Assembly: GCA_005191425.1 (NCBI GenBank)
Contig: SUPR01000033.1
Span: 1 to 32,000 of the forward strand
Direction of reading: 5' to 3'
DNA length: 32,000 nt
Source of the DNA: Candidatus Helarchaeota ASGARD archaeon Hel_GB_B
GTDB lineage: Archaea; Asgardarchaeota; Lokiarchaeia; Helarchaeales; HEL-GB-B
Below the pieces are notes generated by a model. The model was given only the letters and a program-made list of their open reading frames with translations. It ran no database searches and was not told the DNA's origin. A program made the position numbers and the translations under genes. Position 1 is the first letter of the stretch. Each line of letters starts with the position of its first letter. This document shows positions 28,858 to 32,000 of the stretch, piece by piece.

Positions 28858-29580
28858 ATGTATGCTATAAATTATACTAAATATTGCCAAGGACTCATTG
28901 AAAAAGTTAAAAATAATTACTGGAGAGTTAAAAAACTCTCAAAATTAGATTTTAATAAAGACATCTTTTATTTAGTAGAAAAAACAAAAACTACTCCCAT
29001 TATAGTTTTAAGGCAAAAACTAAAAGTTTTAGGCTATACAAATAAACAAATTAAAAGCATTATTAATTTAAATTTGAGTATGATCCCAAATAAACTTAAA
29101 GATGAAGTTCTGCTCGCAATATATAATGACCCAGTCTATTCACCAATAGGAATAAAATATTTTGATGCTTTAGGCAGAGAAGGAGAAAATATTATAAAAG
29201 AATGGCTAGAGTCTCAGAATATTACATTTAAAAGAGACCCACGTAATAGTAAAACGGGCATGCCAGATTTTGTGTTAGAAAAAAAAATTCAAATTTTTAA
29301 ACACGAGGTCAAATGGATAGAAAGTAAATGTACTTATGGAGATTTTATTGCCCAAAAAAATAATTTTAAACAATTTACACGATTTGACGACTTTTTTGGA
29401 AATTATGGATGTATTGTCTATTGGTTTGGATATGAAAAAAATAATAAATTTAAAAAAAGGTTAATATTAACATGGAATGAAATGCTAAAATTGACTCCAA
29501 ACTTTTTACATCCACGAATTAAGAAATTAATTTCTGAAATACCTGAAGAGTTTGAATATCTGCTAATTGACATTGAATAA
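28858..29580 (+). CDS. PD-(D/E)xK nuclease-fold protein resembling the TPD / CDIN1 (C15orf41) family
   Basis: GMPDFVL ... VKWIESKCTYGDF ... GCIVYWFGY matches PD...ExK geometry and my memory of the TPD family (TPDxLL ... WIESKAxFGD ... YWFGF). It starts 7 nt after pheT. Confidence 0.45.
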   Translation: MYAINYTKYCQGLIEKVKNNYWRVKKLSKLDFNKDIFYLVEKTKTTPIIVLRQKLKVLGYTNKQIKSIINLNLSMIPNKLKDEVLLAIYNDPVYSPIGIKYFDALGREGENIIKEWLESQNITFKRDPRNSKTGMPDFVLEKKIQIFKHEVKWIESKCTYGDFIAQKNNFKQFTRFDDFFGNYGCIVYWFGYEKNNKFKKRLILTWNEMLKLTPNFLHPRIKKLISEIPEEFEYLLIDIE

Positions 29581-29594
29581 TGGCTTTTTTTATC

Positions 29595-30275
29595 CTATAG
29601 GTTGAGAATAGTCTCTGATTTAATAAATTTAATACCATTTTTTGTCATGTCAGTTAATACTTTCGAGATATTTCCTTCAGGCGAATCTATTCCACGAGTT
29701 AAATCTATAATAATGTAGACATCAAAGCCCAGTTTTTTCCCGTCAATCGCTGTGAAATATACACAATAATCAAGAGCAAGCCCTGCAATAAATATCCTTT
29801 TTATATTTAATGAACTTAGGTACCCAGAGAGCCCAGTTAATGTTTTTCCATCATTTTCCACAAAACCCGAATAACTATCAATTTGAGGGTTTGTGCCTTT
29901 TCTAATAATTGCGTCAGCAAGGTCTGTATTTAAGGCTTCGTGAAATTCAGCCCCTTTTTGACCTTGAACACAATGGTCGGGCCATAATACCGGGCCAATT
30001 CCAAGTGCGCAGTATTCATCAAAAGGATTTTTTCCAGGATGTACTGATGCAAACGATTTGTGATTTTTAGGGTGCCAATCCTGTGTTAAAGCTATCTTTA
30101 ATCCGGCTTCTTTAAATTTTTGTGCAACTTTATTTACATCACTAATTATTTCGTCCCCTTTTTCTACTGGTAGTCTTCCTCCTGGAATGAAATCATTCTG
30201 AATATCGACTACAATTAATGCATCGTTCTTTAATAATTCAATATTAGTTTCAAAATTAATATCAGAATAATTCAT
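29595..30275 (-). CDS. pncA: Nicotinamidase / pyrazinamidase (isochorismatase family)
   Basis: ALIVVDIQNDFIPGG, metal-site QDWHPKNHKSF, catalytic Lys (IRKGTN) and Cys (GLALDYCV). Confidence 0.8.
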   Translation of the reverse strand: MNYSDINFETNIELLKNDALIVVDIQNDFIPGGRLPVEKGDEIISDVNKVAQKFKEAGLKIALTQDWHPKNHKSFASVHPGKNPFDEYCALGIGPVLWPDHCVQGQKGAEFHEALNTDLADAIIRKGTNPQIDSYSGFVENDGKTLTGLSGYLSSLNIKRIFIAGLALDYCVYFTAIDGKKLGFDVYIIIDLTRGIDSPEGNISKVLTDMTKNGIKFIKSETILNL

Positions 30276-30398
30276 ATTAATAATTATAATTTTTTATCAA
30301 AAATAATTTTTTCCATAATTTACAATTGTTTAAATATTTTGTTAGTACAATATTTGCAAATTATTATTGAAAAAATAAAATTTTTTTTGGAATATAAA

Positions 30399-30677
30399 AT
30401 GAGTAATTTAGACAATAATAATAAACAAATAAAAAGTAAAGAAGAGATTTTTTATCAAGATACACCAAAAGAACTAATAGAATACTATAAAAAAATAAAT
30501 AAAAAAAGAATTTGTGTGTTTTGCTACAAACATGAAGTACCTAATAATGCAATGGCAGATATTTGTAAGGAATGTTGGGAGAAATTTATTAGATCAAGTT
30601 ATAATGAAATATTAAAAAAAGATCCTAATGAAAATCAAGATAATAAAAGAAGAGAAAAAAAAGAGTTTTTTCTATGA
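30399..30677 (+). CDS. Small Lys/Asn-rich zinc-ribbon hypothetical protein
   Basis: CVFC-x16-CKEC four-Cys pattern. ATG 30399 is preferred over the tracked TTG 30339. Confidence 0.4.
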   Translation: MSNLDNNNKQIKSKEEIFYQDTPKELIEYYKKINKKRICVFCYKHEVPNNAMADICKECWEKFIRSSYNEILKKDPNENQDNKRREKKEFFL

Positions 30678-30989
30678 GGACACTACTATAAATAGATGTA
30701 AAGAATGTAAGTCAGAAAATTAATTAGGATCGTTTCAAACCAAAATTCAATAAATTCAGACCTTTTAGCCAAAAAATTAAGTTGAAACTTAGAAACATAA
30801 AAGATAATTAATATGATAATTTAGAAGATAACGTTATATTTTTTCATTTACGATTTTTATAGTTTCAAGCCAAATGTCATTATAAAATAAATTTAATAAA
30901 AAATATTGACCATCTTCTTTATATACGCTAATAAATAAATAAATTTTAAAATGACGAATCCTATAATTTTAGTAGAATGATAGGTACTT

Positions 30990-31225
30990 TCCTTCATAGA
31001 GGGCACCTTGATTAAAAGATGATAGCGTGTGCAAATGAGGGAATACACTTGACAGATACCACACTAATGTTCCGTATTGGATAGCGCCCTTACATGAGAT
31101 GGATGTGTCATCCGACGATGAATGAGGTTTAATTGTCTCACATTAAACCTGAAAATTAAGTCAACCCCTTTATGGTACAGTGTGGTATATGGGTATTGGT
31201 AATATGCCATCCACGAGAGGAACTT
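30990..31225 (+). ncRNA. Candidate structured non-coding RNA, class unassigned
   Basis: Stops occur in all three plus frames, and the only minus-strand ORF (31064-31282) is not protein-like. By hand count G+C is about 43% in 31001-31060 versus about 18% in 30841-30900. A long-range helix joins 31053-31065 with 31179-31191 (12 of 13 pairs). A crossing helix joins 30994-31003 with 31166-31175. Hairpins lie at 31101-31113, 31125-31150 and 31192-31208. G-U pairs favour the plus strand. Confidence 0.3.
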
Positions 31226-31297
31226 TAGCGATTTTGGATATTTCCGTAAATGAGCTATTGAGTTAGTGTTTGATGGCAACAACCAATTACCCTCTTT

Positions 31298-32000
31298 TCA
31301 GTATACATTAATGTCGAGACAGACATGAAAAGTATGTGGTTTATAGGACTTGATTTTTTCTAAATGTGCCAATTCGATTGTGCGATTATTTTTAACAGCA
31401 ACATTTTCAACATCAGATAATAATGTTTCAGGAGAGTTATTATCGAGTAAAATACCTTCATAATGAATAACACATGGGCCTTTTTTTAATACTTTAAAAG
31501 CAGTATCTAAGCTGGATTTAGGACTAGGTAAAATTCCCATAATGATTCTATCGGCGTGTTCGGGAATTTCTAGTGCTTTAATTCTGCAGTCGCCAAAAAT
31601 GGGTATTACTTTGTCCTTAGGAATTTTATTTAGTTTTAAATTTTCGATTAAATATTTATAAGAAGTTGGGTTTATCTCAAAAGCGTATATTCTCGATGCT
31701 TTTGAAAATTTCGCGATACCTAAAGTAAAGTACCCAATGCCAGCATAGAAATCAAAAATTATTTCTCTATTTTTTATCAATGGAATGTATCTACGTCTTT
31801 CATTTATATTTCCTTTAGCAAACATAATTTTCAATACATCGAACTTGTATTTAATGCCATTTTCAATTACAATAGTTTCTGTATCGCTACCTGCTAGCAA
31901 TTCCAATTGAGGTTCCCGGAATTCGCCATAAATAGCTCCTTTTTTTAAACATACAGTACTGCAATTTTTAACAATTTTTAAAATTGCTTCTGCAATGATT
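31298..32000 (-). CDS. Trm5/Tyw2-family SAM-dependent tRNA methyltransferase, 5' part beyond the window
   Basis: FDFYAGIGYFTLGIAKF, AFEINPTSYKYLIENLKLNK, GDCR and DRIIMGILP. The frame stays open upstream of the tracked TTG 31906 to the window edge (...IIAEAILKIVKNCSTVCLKKGAIYGEFREPQLELLAG). Confidence 0.75.
   Translation of the reverse strand, partial: IIAEAILKIVKNCSTVCLKKGAIYGEFREPQLELLAGSDTETIVIENGIKYKFDVLKIMFAKGNINERRRYIPLIKNREIIFDFYAGIGYFTLGIAKFSKASRIYAFEINPTSYKYLIENLKLNKIPKDKVIPIFGDCRIKALEIPEHADRIIMGILPSPKSSLDTAFKVLKKGPCVIHYEGILLDNNSPETLLSDVENVAVKNNRTIELAHLEKIKSYKPHTFHVCLDINVY

Noticed and set aside
30990-31225. Assignment of the structured island to SRP RNA, a TPP riboswitch, 5S rRNA or a C/D-box sRNA
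   Set aside because: There is no helix-8 GGAA/AGCAGC-type motif on either strand. TPP-like fragments (UGAGA, ACCUGA, UGG-UAAUAUG-CCA) occur in the wrong order. No 5S CCGAAC core is present. The C-like (GAUGAAUGA) and D-like (CUGA) boxes flank a perfect hairpin rather than guide regions and do not form a K-turn.
31064-31282. 72-aa minus-strand ORF
   Set aside because: The composition is not protein-like (His/Tyr/Arg-rich, no motif, no SD-like site). It coincides with the structured G+C-rich island, which is better explained as RNA.
1-32000. Scan for CRISPR arrays, IS elements or transposases, integrases and toxin-antitoxin or other defence genes
   Set aside because: I saw no direct-repeat arrays, terminal inverted repeats, recombinase motifs or defence-type domains. 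The inteins are the only mobile-type elements.

Overview
This is an AT-rich archaeal chromosomal window made up almost entirely of housekeeping genes; I found no defence island, CRISPR array or transposon. An unsplit rpoA, an Rpb8-like small ORF and non-canonical tRNA introns point to a TACK/Thaumarchaeota-like (Nitrosopumilales-like) lineage, but that placement is inference only.

Firmly called genes are pheA, uS12, a CCG-domain Fe-S protein, an MBL/beta-CASP nuclease, ATP-dependent DNA ligase, a PfkB kinase, NusA, L30e, RNA polymerase subunit A, NAPRT, ArcTGT, thermosome, PheRS alpha and beta, nicotinamidase and a partial Trm5/Tyw2 methyltransferase.

Observations worth a second look:
1. The 2311-codon rpoA ORF is a fused A'/A'' gene carrying two large inteins. 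One sits just before the NADFDGD Mg site and the other inside the trigger loop. Together they make up about 44% of the ORF.
2. Both intein endonuclease domains show the same Asp->Asn / Asp->Lys replacement at the LAGLIDADG catalytic positions.
3. A 150-nt tRNA-Glu(CUC) gene is interrupted twice. It has a textbook bulge-helix-bulge intron at T-loop 59/60 and a roughly 49-nt insertion in the D-loop, with no intron at 37/38.
4. A G+C-enriched, ORF-free island at about 30990-31225 has a long-range pseudoknot and several perfect hairpins. It is a candidate structured ncRNA of unknown class.
5. The DNA ligase appears to start at an AUU codon 7 nt after a GGTGA Shine-Dalgarno-like site.
6. Three small proteins deserve attention: one with a RING-like C4H2C2 zinc module, one resembling TPD/CDIN1 PD-(D/E)xK nucleases, and one resembling Rpo8.

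All calls come from reading the ORF translations and the raw sequence. No database search or folding program was run. Family assignments rest on remembered motifs, and exact starts and splice sites are uncertain.
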